From: a virus
Taxonomy: Duplodnaviria > Caudoviricetes
DNA length: 37,045 bases
Reading direction: 5' to 3' (one strand)
IMG/VR virus record: IMGVR_UViG_3300032285_002783
Span: 1 to 37,045 of that record
In this document: in pieces, positions 12,201 to 19,104 of the stretch
How positions within the stretch are numbered: the stretch's first letter is position 1
How the letters are laid out: every line of letters starts with the position of its first letter
Notes under the pieces: model-generated
What the model was told of the DNA's origin: nothing
The model's database searches: none
What the model saw: the letters and a program-made list of their open reading frames with translations, nothing else
Position numbers and translations under genes: made by a program

Positions 12201-15111
12201 CATGCCTTTGTATGTTCATGCGGAGAATCCATTTGTAATCAATGTAACCCGTGCAGATAAAGCTCCTTCAGAAAGATTTTCCGGTGATATCAATAAAGCA
12301 ATGGTTAAAGCCGTTGCAGATTTCACTGATGGCAAGACTAGGTTAATGGATTTAGAAGGCAATCAGGTTAGAGAGTTGTTTGAAAAGAATGGGTACGATG
12401 GCATCATGGTCAAGGACGACCAAGGCAACATTGTTGAAGCCAATGTGTTTACACCAACACAACTTAAGTCTGCCATAGGCAACACTGGCACATACAGCAT
12501 TAGTAATCCTAATATTAGGTACAGCCTTGCATCTAGACTCCAGACCATGCCCAACAGCGCTGCTGGTGAAAAGCGTGTAAACGAAACAACCACTACCAGA
12601 GATGAAGTGGGTCATGCACAGAGGATGATCCAAGCTATTCAAGGAGACACCTTCTCTAAGATACGTCAAAGGTTCTTTAACAGATACCAACGTATTGGTG
12701 AGTTTGATAAGCGTGTAGCCAAGATGAAAGGCGTTGTTAAGCTATTGGCTGACACTGCGGCAGAGTCTGCGGCTTTGATGTCTGACTACGCCAATGGTGT
12801 AGCCTACAAGGCTCTAGGATTTAACGGCAAGGGTGGAGTGCCAGAATTTAAAAATCAGGTTGTTACGGTCAACCAGACGACCAAAGGGCCAGTGGAGATA
12901 TTTGCCACGTTGGCTAAGTTTGGCGATCCAAAGATCTATCAATACTATCAATTCTGGTCTGGTGTTCAACGTGGTTCTAGATACATCAAAAACAACAATG
13001 GTGTCTATGAAGAGAAACTTTTCAACCAACCCGCAGACATTCAATTAGCCAAAGACTACGAGAAAGCTTTCCCTGAGTTTGTACAGGTACAGAAAGAATG
13101 GATTGAATACAACAACGGATTGGTTAAGTTCTTGGTTGACACAGGTGTTCTATCTGCCGCCCGTGCCAATGAATTTACAAAGTATTCAGATTACATTCCT
13201 TTCTATCGTCAGTTTGATGATGAGACAACAATTGGCCCACAACTGTTCCAGTCTATGTCTGCGGTTAAAGCTCCTAAACGGGCGAAAGGTGGAGAAGCTC
13301 CACTGGCTGACTTCCTTGAGACCATCGTTAGGAATACCCAATCATCCGTACAGGCGGGTATGAAAGCCGTTGCCGCAAAGAGAGCAATTGACAATGCCTT
13401 GTTGTTAGGCGAAGCCGAGCAAGTTACAGCCAACGAGCGTAGTAAGTTTGATGTAATCCAAGTTTATGATAAGGGTGAACTTAAGTTTTACCGTGTAAAC
13501 GATCCGCTGTACCTTGAAGCGATGAAAGGTTTAAACCTACCTGAGATACCTTTCCTTGGTATCTTAGCCAAACCAGCCGATTGGTTACGCACTTTTGTTA
13601 CCAAAGAGCCGGGCTTTATGTTAGCCAACATGATGAAAGACTCAATGCAGACTTACATCACAAGCGGCTCAAACATGAAGCCAATCATTGAAACTGCGGC
13701 TAACTTTGCCACTGCTCTGGCGGGTAAGAATCCTACAGTTGAAAGATTAAAAGCAGCGGGTCTGGGTGGCAATGCTCACTTTGTTGGAGACATTGCCAAG
13801 AGCGGTGAAGACTTTGCCAAGATGTTGCGTAAGCAATCAGGTAAACAAACAACCACAGAGAAGGCGCTGAAGCCGTTTACATCCCTCTGGGATGCGTTGG
13901 GACAGGGTACTGAAGCATCTGACCTAGCTACCCGTGCCGCAGTCTATGATAGGGTTATGGCAGAGACACAGAATGAAGCTGAGGCTATCTTCCAAGCGGT
14001 GGAAACCATGAACTTCTACCGTCATGGTAACTCTGCGATTGTCCGTATCCTTACCGCCGTCACGCCATTCTTGAATGCTAGGATGCAAGGTTTGGATGTG
14101 TTCTACCGTGCAGGTTTTGCCCCGACCGTTGCCAAGTTGACGGGAAGGGGAGACCAAGTTACCCAAGCTGATTTAGACAAACAAAAGACATTCATGATCC
14201 GAAGCGCAGGTGTAGTTGCTATGTCAGTAGCTTACTGGGCGCTTACACATGATGATGATGAGTACAAGAAACAAGAACAGGAAACTAGGGATAACAATTG
14301 GTTAATCCCTGCACTGGGAATAAAGATACCTATCCCATTCGAGGTTGGATTCCTGTTCAAGGTACTGCCCGAGCGGATCATGGAATACACAATGGGTGGC
14401 GATACAGGTCAGGACTTTGCAAAGTCCATGTACAGAGGGATAGAACAGACCATTGGTCTACAGTTCCCACAAGCAATTCTTCCTATGCTTGAAAACTCTG
14501 TTAATTATTCATTCTTCACTCAAAGGGCTATCGTGCCTCCGGGTCTCGAGAATGTAGATCCAGAGTTTCAAGTCGGGCCATCTACATCCAACGTGGCTGA
14601 GATGATTGGTAAATCTATAGGTAGTTCCCCTATGAAGGTTGATCACCTCATCAAAGGTTACACAGGAACCCTTGGCATGTATTTGGTTGATGTTATTGAC
14701 TCAGTGATGGATATCAACAGCAACGTACCCAAAGCGTCTAAACGCTTTGAGCAGATGCCATTCATCAAGAGGTTTGCTTTAGATCCAGAGGCACGGGGAA
14801 CGGTATCCTCCTACTATGAACTAAAGAACAATGTGGATCAGGTGGTAAGAACCATCAATCTTCTAGAGAAGAACGCTGACTTTGAGAACCTACCACAGTA
14901 CGCTCAGGACAATGCGGGTCTGTGGGCAACCCATGACTTTGTCTTGTCCTTGGATAAACAGATGAAAGAATACCAACAGTATGCAACCATGATCAGAAAC
15001 TCTGGCATGGACGCAGATGAAAAGAGAGATGCTCTAAGTGCTGTCCATGAAGCGCAGAATGCCCTGACATCCAATATCCAGTACATCAGGAAGATGATAA
15101 GCCAACAATAG
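6241..15111 (+). CDS. Large polyvalent (injected) protein: HExxH metallopeptidase, HhH-glycosylase-like module, ART-like module(s), C-terminal LPD38-like domain
   Basis: 2956 aa. LRHESIH at 8899-8913; GWY...TSNG...GPKLGAFYANL...MDLW...ADIQAALW module; MYHAT...GEGIYST...GYDGI...VFTPTQLKSAIGNTGTY ART-PolyVal-like; NFYRHG...PFLNARMQGL...IPIPFEVGFLF LPD38-like. Confidence 0.75.
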   Translation: MQARLADGRILNFPDGTDPSVIDAAVKKVIANPFSAYTEQELENAPRVKGTTGDIARETGQGVLGGIQSLTDLFGANNFASKYLQEKSQGLAAGLTPERQQELQIEQELSKRAEGDTFKEITTGLKNVLRHPFTSVASGLGSSVPLIAGTILAPEAAVGRAALGIGSLMGLGGQKGQNYQAVYDEAIRQNKTPQEAEALAQKAQEYSLQNAPGLAFGAGLGALEGAAGAGARIGKFFNPAQAVEGASRGIAAPTFGKALGKASLEGGGTEFLQGSGAQVAANMALSQAGFDTPLLQGAFGAGAHDALIGTLTGAAVSPMQLSNMKREYDQDQVKKLFEDNEKAAKEKEATQAKFNKEMGVKPEILALPAPAQEITEKPTDKLKNPLGNFTPEELGPERVNAIDEHRAANNKPPLKTYSIEDIVDAMPKTAPEAERAALNELVANKAGSTFGYSNQKVSAQDVLNAATQKGIDTDTQGFKDFLTRATGLPSIGTEEKAATAEAYKNKPLGLSELDMMTDAQRFVAQQSLLKLPTKEGETTILPTGTNATHYDQDQYLKALGAVDALHNKGKPATQAEALGEIKKSTGLTRDEDAQYLLRDAVRRGDFDLNENDEIVPAETATYLPEGHRIEETSLKEGEAPENYEVKAGDKVLSTAPTEAEAQAKLERYKAVREKDSADIDKEIAEKQKAVEKSNENVEKMEARGLGRTPEYQKASAAHANLVQQTNKEIGDLNRDKAELDSTQLTVKAGGIKPVKRKTFKLHKAKAGEAATQVGSYPTRQAAEQAITSNMSESELEDLAKDTRRRTLARRARQELNERRTEKIKVRREFKQVSGDIAKELESFLAKIGLKGVGLKLMSTLGGSEGEYAQRLIQIALDVKNPLGVLRHESIHALKDLGFFSDNQWNALRRMAKDKWIKQFMKDVPYSEGVSRYDAYKTKFDANPPAGVTFQEYIEEEAIADAFRYFHENGTPPGMIAAILKRLNQFFEALRNALNNGGFYTSDDIFEKIEKGELVSSKQGTGETKASLKTPLSTREIMEQNDQFAQAELGLNTEKVKGKTGVNNVRDIAKALNAQTVGEEGAMNRLSHTVKDEDRIAKAMADEVGYQLRATAKTGTGLGWYSNNYPNAVKMLSRRFPELENNKHARSVFSALVAVTSNGERVAKNIDNAIKLYSKLRDGKPLVAMGNRRASALDKNLINIENLLRKYGTDFEKELLKEITVKDMNAYLRSIGEESDASYLANTVIPSAAIHFGPKLGAFYANLSGSEGYLTMDLWWTRSINRMRGLLIPKATKASLDKFREMLDMPDASVNDLVEESIPLRNIYEENGFVTDLEFLAGGKEPAKKVLKEAWFKRAEAAAGDAYDQFLFEHNLLKMANTIYKNEFEMLEEAPFSATDRAFMYKAARKAQALLRGEGVDLTLADIQAALWYYEKRLYAKLSGRKADDIGYEEAIIKQANQGNRSVRPSVVFTGQQNGGNVSTGAVQLSGQPSSATVKASLKGIVAEVAPNPDQEVAARWRLMNSADKQQTTEVVARRVIPKLFDDMGFKGWSYNISSGRYEGEQNPNIIISAPDSATDEELNEFAKVIGNVFDQKAMVTYDEDNTTSDSQNGFVSVIIPNGMDDQTLTNLRDHIAKEVPEANADTVRDGKIHFGNFSKYTDNEISDEQYYNNIKDAIANFDYDGIIDVQKPIQFHSELIEPTNREEYLEGTRYGTDQGSREKAGGDDLWRQGRNRLEAVSEDAIKLRNNWIESRTKSSEGGRSGATTFPNVETEYGTPIENASSAVGVHFSKQKRGTIVSKFYGTGLKGLEGKRLSEPANKDIKDRIYFYVDKGKGIVPESGVGNAAHVVRLNNLYDTVKDPLKIIKNNKGETENDRASNLERNIKNAGFDGYVFMDPLQSQGYAVLVGDHNISVPPSRASLKAPETPAFKRFFGDSKITNENGEPMVMYHATNSDFNVFNRSDDGKLGEGIYSTSIPEYANEFAPKGNIMPLYVHAENPFVINVTRADKAPSERFSGDINKAMVKAVADFTDGKTRLMDLEGNQVRELFEKNGYDGIMVKDDQGNIVEANVFTPTQLKSAIGNTGTYSISNPNIRYSLASRLQTMPNSAAGEKRVNETTTTRDEVGHAQRMIQAIQGDTFSKIRQRFFNRYQRIGEFDKRVAKMKGVVKLLADTAAESAALMSDYANGVAYKALGFNGKGGVPEFKNQVVTVNQTTKGPVEIFATLAKFGDPKIYQYYQFWSGVQRGSRYIKNNNGVYEEKLFNQPADIQLAKDYEKAFPEFVQVQKEWIEYNNGLVKFLVDTGVLSAARANEFTKYSDYIPFYRQFDDETTIGPQLFQSMSAVKAPKRAKGGEAPLADFLETIVRNTQSSVQAGMKAVAAKRAIDNALLLGEAEQVTANERSKFDVIQVYDKGELKFYRVNDPLYLEAMKGLNLPEIPFLGILAKPADWLRTFVTKEPGFMLANMMKDSMQTYITSGSNMKPIIETAANFATALAGKNPTVERLKAAGLGGNAHFVGDIAKSGEDFAKMLRKQSGKQTTTEKALKPFTSLWDALGQGTEASDLATRAAVYDRVMAETQNEAEAIFQAVETMNFYRHGNSAIVRILTAVTPFLNARMQGLDVFYRAGFAPTVAKLTGRGDQVTQADLDKQKTFMIRSAGVVAMSVAYWALTHDDDEYKKQEQETRDNNWLIPALGIKIPIPFEVGFLFKVLPERIMEYTMGGDTGQDFAKSMYRGIEQTIGLQFPQAILPMLENSVNYSFFTQRAIVPPGLENVDPEFQVGPSTSNVAEMIGKSIGSSPMKVDHLIKGYTGTLGMYLVDVIDSVMDINSNVPKASKRFEQMPFIKRFALDPEARGTVSSYYELKNNVDQVVRTINLLEKNADFENLPQYAQDNAGLWATHDFVLSLDKQMKEYQQYATMIRNSGMDADEKRDALSAVHEAQNALTSNIQYIRKMISQQ
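10568..10741 (+). CDS. Candidate overprinted 57-aa ORF nested in the polyvalent gene
   Basis: GGAGG at 10556-10560, ATG at 10568; MTSDTKKPL...MSPQERFNFLDNLVQQLSKPVSKE; ends at a module boundary. Confidence 0.4.
   Translation: MTSDTKKPLSNKPIRVIDPSDPVWSSLDNKTAGMSPQERFNFLDNLVQQLSKPVSKE
11369..11569 (+). CDS. Candidate overprinted 66-aa ORF nested in the polyvalent gene
   Basis: AAGGA upstream of ATG; spans an inter-domain linker of the host frame. Confidence 0.35.
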   Translation: MAQIREVERKPGETIFGGKGVIGLKPFQKMQSNSGTIGLSPEQSLARAAEAALLRSPMLKPNTEHQ

Positions 15112-15379
15112 AATTCTCAAAGAGCCAGCCTATCGTTTTACGATGGGCTGCCTCCCACATGTTTACACGCTCTTCCTTGGACATCTTGCTACCCTGATCC
15201 AGATCTGCGTGGCATGTATAACATAACGCCGCAATCCTGTAGTCATGAGCCTTCAGACCCCGCCCTTTGCCATCCCTCAGTTGGTTGGAGTGAGCGGCGA
15301 CTATCGTCCCGTCATCTGCCCCACAATGCTGACAAGGAGAAGATCTTACGCTTTTTAACAGGTTCGGGTTCCTGTACAT
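15086..15379 (-). CDS. DUF1364/YbcO-like His-Me finger (HNH-type) nuclease
   Basis: CQHCG...VAAHSN...GKGRGLKAHD...LCYTCH motif. Confidence 0.7.
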   Translation of the reverse strand: MYRNPNLLKSVRSSPCQHCGADDGTIVAAHSNQLRDGKGRGLKAHDYRIAALCYTCHADLDQGSKMSKEERVNMWEAAHRKTIGWLFENSIVGLSSS

Positions 15380-15527
15380 TCCTGTTTGATACAAAGACTA
15401 TCTCCTCAGTTCCTACTTGCTTGGTACTAAATCTATGTCCGTTTAAACATATCCTTCTCCTGCGGTCTTTTCTTGTCTCCAGCACCCGGGTAGGTTCGCT
15501 GCATTTAATGCATTTAAACGTCATCAT
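15312..15527 (-). CDS. NrdR N-terminal-like zinc-ribbon protein
   Basis: KCIKC...TRVLETR..RRRRICLNGHRFST. Confidence 0.6.
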   Translation of the reverse strand: MMTFKCIKCSEPTRVLETRKDRRRRICLNGHRFSTKQVGTEEIVFVSNRNVQEPEPVKKRKIFSLSALWGR

Positions 15528-15762
15528 CTTCCCAGTAAATATCATCTTTCCAGACTAGCACTGGAGTGGTTTCACCCAAATACCCACCTTCGATATTGAA
15601 CTCGATGAACTCTCTGGCTTCATCTGCATCCATACCATCCCTTTTCATCAGGATGTTTCTGATCCCCTCTGCATCATAAACCAAGACTTGAACCTGTGTC
15701 TGGTCTCTCCATATAAATGCGGGGCCAATGATAGCCTCGTCATAACCATCGTATTTAATCAT
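15514..15762 (-). CDS. Conserved acidic phage hypothetical protein
   Basis: DGYDEAIIG...VYD...DEAREFIEFNIEGGYLGETTP; AAGGAG RBS before MIKY. Confidence 0.65.
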   Translation of the reverse strand: MIKYDGYDEAIIGPAFIWRDQTQVQVLVYDAEGIRNILMKRDGMDADEAREFIEFNIEGGYLGETTPVLVWKDDIYWEDDDV

Positions 15763-15885
15763 CAAAATCTCCTTGGTGTGGCGGGAAACATTTTTCATAG
15801 AACCCTTTTTTTCTATCCCAATCCCATCTCTCCCATGAGTAGTAGATAACCTTCAATCTTTTGTTGGAGTATCTCCATAGGGTTC

Positions 15886-16116
15886 TCATGTGTTCTTCTC
15901 CTTTAGTATGGATTCAATGTACCGAATGAAGTCTTCGGGGTACATATCTGTGGTGTGGATTCCAAGTCCGGCAATATCCTCATTGGTCAGCCCTACCCAT
16001 TCCTTTTTGCAGAAACCACCGTAGTTAGAACACATTTCGCTTTGCTCTATCTGTCTCTTACGCCATCCTGATTCCATTTCAATCCGTTTAAACTCATCGT
16101 CTTCTTCTGTTCTCAT
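15886..16116 (-). CDS. Hypothetical protein (WVGL...LKEKNT family)
   Basis: AAGGAGG RBS; C-terminus shared with 16238-16768. Confidence 0.6.
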   Translation of the reverse strand: MRTEEDDEFKRIEMESGWRKRQIEQSEMCSNYGGFCKKEWVGLTNEDIAGLGIHTTDMYPEDFIRYIESILKEKNT

Positions 16117-16241
16117 TGGTTATCCTCCTTTAGTTTGGCTACCACTTCTGTCTCAACAAATGATTTTGCAACATCAAATGCCACAACAACAAATGCAATA
16201 GGAATCATCAACCACACAAGGGGTATTAAAATAAATTTCAT
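16113..16241 (-). CDS. Small membrane protein (42 aa)
   Basis: MKFILIPLVWLMIPIAFVVVAF...; ATGA-coupled at both ends; absent from the ORF track. Confidence 0.5.
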   Translation of the reverse strand: MKFILIPLVWLMIPIAFVVVAFDVAKSFVETEVVAKLKEDNQ

Positions 16242-16768
16242 GTGTTCTTCTCCTTCAGCTTGGCTTCTACGGCTTGGTAAATATCTTTGGTATTGAAAGT
16301 TCCCATTAGGCGAACTTTTATTTCTTCATGTAAACCATCAATCTCCTCATCCGACAGTCCTACCCATGTGCGTTGTGGTGATGTGTAGAGCTTTGTACCA
16401 ATAGGCAATGCAGGCTCATGCCACCAAGAATGCGTTACATCTGCCCCCGATTCAGATATGACTGTTGCCACAGGCTTATCTTTTGTTTCTGTTTGTGCAA
16501 TAAACTTTTCAGCACACGCAACGCAATACAACGCATGACCACCATCAGCACCACATTCAGCACACGATACAGGTTTATCTTTTGTTTCTAGTTGTTCTTT
16601 ATAGGTAGATTTAGATGCCATGTTTTGTACATCTTTTGTCATTTCTTCGTACTCAATGATTGCTCTAGCAAACAATACAGGAAAGTCAGCCGTGCCAGTC
16701 CCTTCAACCAGACCCTCTGCTTTGCCACTCATGTGCAAATAAATGTTGTGTATTTCTTCATCAGTCAT
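16238..16768 (-). CDS. Mosaic hypothetical protein
   Basis: MTDEEI start, CxxC...CxxC insert between two ETKDKPV copies, WVGL...LKEKNT end. Confidence 0.6.
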   Translation of the reverse strand: MTDEEIHNIYLHMSGKAEGLVEGTGTADFPVLFARAIIEYEEMTKDVQNMASKSTYKEQLETKDKPVSCAECGADGGHALYCVACAEKFIAQTETKDKPVATVISESGADVTHSWWHEPALPIGTKLYTSPQRTWVGLSDEEIDGLHEEIKVRLMGTFNTKDIYQAVEAKLKEKNT

Positions 16769-17079
16769 GTGTCTTTTCTCTCACGAATATCTTGAGCAAT
16801 GCTTTGTTGGGCATAAAAATATCCTTTTTTTATATTTTCATTTTTATCATCCAACATTCTATTTTCTGCAATCTTTGCACACGCTTCACGCTCAAGAGCT
16901 ATTGCTACATCAACTGCTTTCTCAGCCGCTTTCATTGCGGCATCAATTAATCGTTCACGTTCATGCTCCGCCACCAGTTTGGCAAATGTTTTTAATAATT
17001 TAAAATTCCCATCAAGCGTCATGATTGCTGGGTTCATTCCTGCTTGCACTCCAATTTCTAAAATTTCTTCATCAGTCAT
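16765..17079 (-). CDS. Hypothetical protein (EREACAK family)
   Basis: ATGA-coupled; AxEREACAK motif. Confidence 0.6.
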   Translation of the reverse strand: MTDEEILEIGVQAGMNPAIMTLDGNFKLLKTFAKLVAEHERERLIDAAMKAAEKAVDVAIALEREACAKIAENRMLDDKNENIKKGYFYAQQSIAQDIRERKDT

Positions 17080-17417
17080 TCTTGTCCCCTTGCTCTGATT
17101 TTGTCCGCAATGATTTCAGAATAATTACGCTCTGCCCCCTCAGCATATTCATCCGCCACCTTTGCACACGCCTCACGCTCACGCTCTGCTATTTGCCACT
17201 CAAGCTCGTCAATCATATCAACAATAGCGTCTCCATGACCCGTAGCAAAACCTCTGTGCATAAACCAATCAGCCACCGTTACACGTTCAGTGTCTAAACG
17301 TTCCCGCAGCTCTAACACAGCCAACGCCAATAGCTGTTCAAACGAATCATCATCAGCAAAGCCAGCCACCGCTTCCTCTGCCACTTCAATTGCCTTGTTT
17401 AAATCTGCGTCAGTCAT
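17076..17417 (-). CDS. Hypothetical protein (EREACAK family)
   Basis: ATGA-coupled; GFATGHGD and EREACAKVA...IRARG. Confidence 0.6.
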   Translation of the reverse strand: MTDADLNKAIEVAEEAVAGFADDDSFEQLLALAVLELRERLDTERVTVADWFMHRGFATGHGDAIVDMIDELEWQIAEREREACAKVADEYAEGAERNYSEIIADKIRARGQE

Positions 17418-17908
17418 TTGCTTTCTCCAGAATATGCAATCTCTTTGGTTGCTATCTTTTTAAGTTCCCTTTGTTCAGTTCTCATCATGCCCGCCAACAT
17501 TGATATTTTTGCTTGTGCATCTGCGTTTCTTTTTCTTCCATCGTCCGTTAATAACGCAGTCTTTGTAAAACTTACATTCATGGACATTTTCTTCATCTCT
17601 CGACCAATTGCTTTGATTCCGGTTTCAACTGCGTAAGTAGTTTGTGATTCAGGGTCAATCACCACATAACTACCTTTGTTATCTGTTACCAATAACATGC
17701 AGTGTGCAGTTAACAAAGTGTCCCTAATCTCTGATATGCAGGTCAATAGCTCCAAATCATATTTGCGAACGTCCTCGACTGTTACAGGAGCCTCCAAACC
17801 ACACAAACCAGCCAAGTGTTTCTTGCTGATTGTGCTACCGTAAGTCAAGCCACTATCTAATAAAGTCTTGACTGCTTGTTTCCATGCGGGATATAAAGTT
17901 GTTTCCAT
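17414..17908 (-). CDS. Accessory protein coupled to the RAMP-like gene (possibly nucleic-acid binding)
   Basis: ATG immediately follows the TAA of 17909-18478; 164 aa; function not recognised. Confidence 0.55.
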   Translation of the reverse strand: METTLYPAWKQAVKTLLDSGLTYGSTISKKHLAGLCGLEAPVTVEDVRKYDLELLTCISEIRDTLLTAHCMLLVTDNKGSYVVIDPESQTTYAVETGIKAIGREMKKMSMNVSFTKTALLTDDGRKRNADAQAKISMLAGMMRTEQRELKKIATKEIAYSGESK

Positions 17909-18478
17909 TTATACAAACTCCACATTGAAACGACCAAAGCGTGGACGATAGTCACCCAATCCAATCAAAGCTCCGGCATCGGTAATAGCTTTCTTTACTT
18001 CACTAATGTTTACCACATCTTCATTGACCATGACCGTAGCGTTTAAACTCCACTGTCTAAATATAGGACGGTAACGAATGATCTTAGCCATTCCCACCTT
18101 TACTCCTCTAGCATCAATATAGTCTGGTTTTTCCCACAGCTTTTCAGGTGTTAACTTCTCAAATCCAATAAGGGGCAGCTCGTCTTCAAGAACTTGTACG
18201 CCCTGTTTAAACTTAACACCAAGCTTCTGCAACTTAGCTGCGGCTATTAAACATGAATCTAAATTCTGGGCTGGCATAAAGAATCCTGTTCTAGCATTCC
18301 AATAACATCCACCGATAAACTCGCTCTTAGCTATGGCAATTTGATCATCATCAGTTTTCTTACGCTTGCCTGTTAACTCTTTATGAGCCTTGGTTAAAGG
18401 ATCAAGAGGGTTAGCGAAACGGTCTGAATGCATAAGCATTGGGGATTTACCTTTGATTTCTATAGCAATTGATTTCAT
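17909..18478 (-). CDS. RAMP/Cas7-like RNA-binding protein (189 aa), putative effector of the adjacent repeat-RNA array
   Basis: AAGGA RBS before MKSIAIEIKGKSPMLMH; FFMPAQNLDSCL resembles RAMP IPGSSLKG; C-terminal Gly loop GALIGLGDYRPRFGRF. Confidence 0.65.
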   Translation of the reverse strand: MKSIAIEIKGKSPMLMHSDRFANPLDPLTKAHKELTGKRKKTDDDQIAIAKSEFIGGCYWNARTGFFMPAQNLDSCLIAAAKLQKLGVKFKQGVQVLEDELPLIGFEKLTPEKLWEKPDYIDARGVKVGMAKIIRYRPIFRQWSLNATVMVNEDVVNISEVKKAITDAGALIGLGDYRPRFGRFNVEFV

Positions 18479-18515
18479 TTTGTTTTCCTTTAAGTTAGTT
18501 GATGCACTCTTGCAT

Positions 18516-19003
18516 CGAGTAAAGTACTCATTGAATACCTTACCCGCTACATTAGCCCATGCCCTACCACTGCTAGCCAAGCCTTTCCGCTGCCTGCTTT
18601 GCCATACCGCATAGTGTTGCCACCGAAAAGTTACCTCGTAAAGTAACTTCCCGCTGTAAACAGCCCTCACCAGACCCCGCCTCTCCTCACCGTTCCGAGG
18701 CTTTCCCGACCGTAATACCCGAAGGAATACTATTGCTAGTACTCTATCGGCTATTTTGTAGCCCTTGCCCGACCCCATCGCACCGTACCATACCGAGCCT
18801 GACCGAGTACCTGAAGAGACACTCATTGAATGTCCAATCAGCTATTGAGTAGCCCTTGCCTAACCTTTCTACACCGTGCCACGCCGGAGCCAACCGCATC
18901 CTGCCAAACACTCGAAAAAACACTCGTAAGAATGTTCAATCGGCTGTTGTCAGCCCTTACCAAACCGTGCCGCACCTCACCCCATCTGACCAGACCGTAC
19001 CTT
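18516..19003 (-). repeat. Array of five ~100-nt structured ncRNA units, (GGY-NN)8-10 + GGGCU + two hairpins (putative guide RNAs)
   Basis: Plus-strand AGCCC anchors at 18554, 18662, 18760, 18851, 18952; strict 5-nt RCC period after each; stems covary and contain G-U pairs on the minus strand. Confidence 0.85.
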
Positions 19004-19097
19004 ATTTTCCATCTCCCCATGTCCAAACAATAAACCAAAACATCAATCCAATTCCACAAACACCAACAAAGATAAGCACCCAAGTTATTAGGTTCAT
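19002..19097 (-). CDS. Small membrane protein (31 aa)
   Basis: MNLITWVLIFVGVCGIGLMFWFIVWTWGDGK*; its stop abuts the first array unit. Confidence 0.45.
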   Translation of the reverse strand: MNLITWVLIFVGVCGIGLMFWFIVWTWGDGK

Positions 19098-19104
19098 AAC
19101 AAAA

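Noticed and set aside
6840-15086. Many antisense ORFs within the giant gene
   Set aside because: Shadow ORFs lacking RBS or recognisable motifs
15886-17417. Diversity-generating retroelement repeats
   Set aside because: No reverse transcriptase and no long TR/VR pair with adenine-specific differences
18479-18826. 116-aa N-terminal extension of the RAMP-like ORF in the track (17909..18826)
   Set aside because: It reads through the RNA array, giving G/R/V/W-biased sequence; a good RBS precedes the ATG at 18478
18516-19003. Canonical CRISPR array or simple microsatellite
   Set aside because: No identical direct repeats with contiguous spacers and no cas1/cas2; the NN positions are too diverse for slippage
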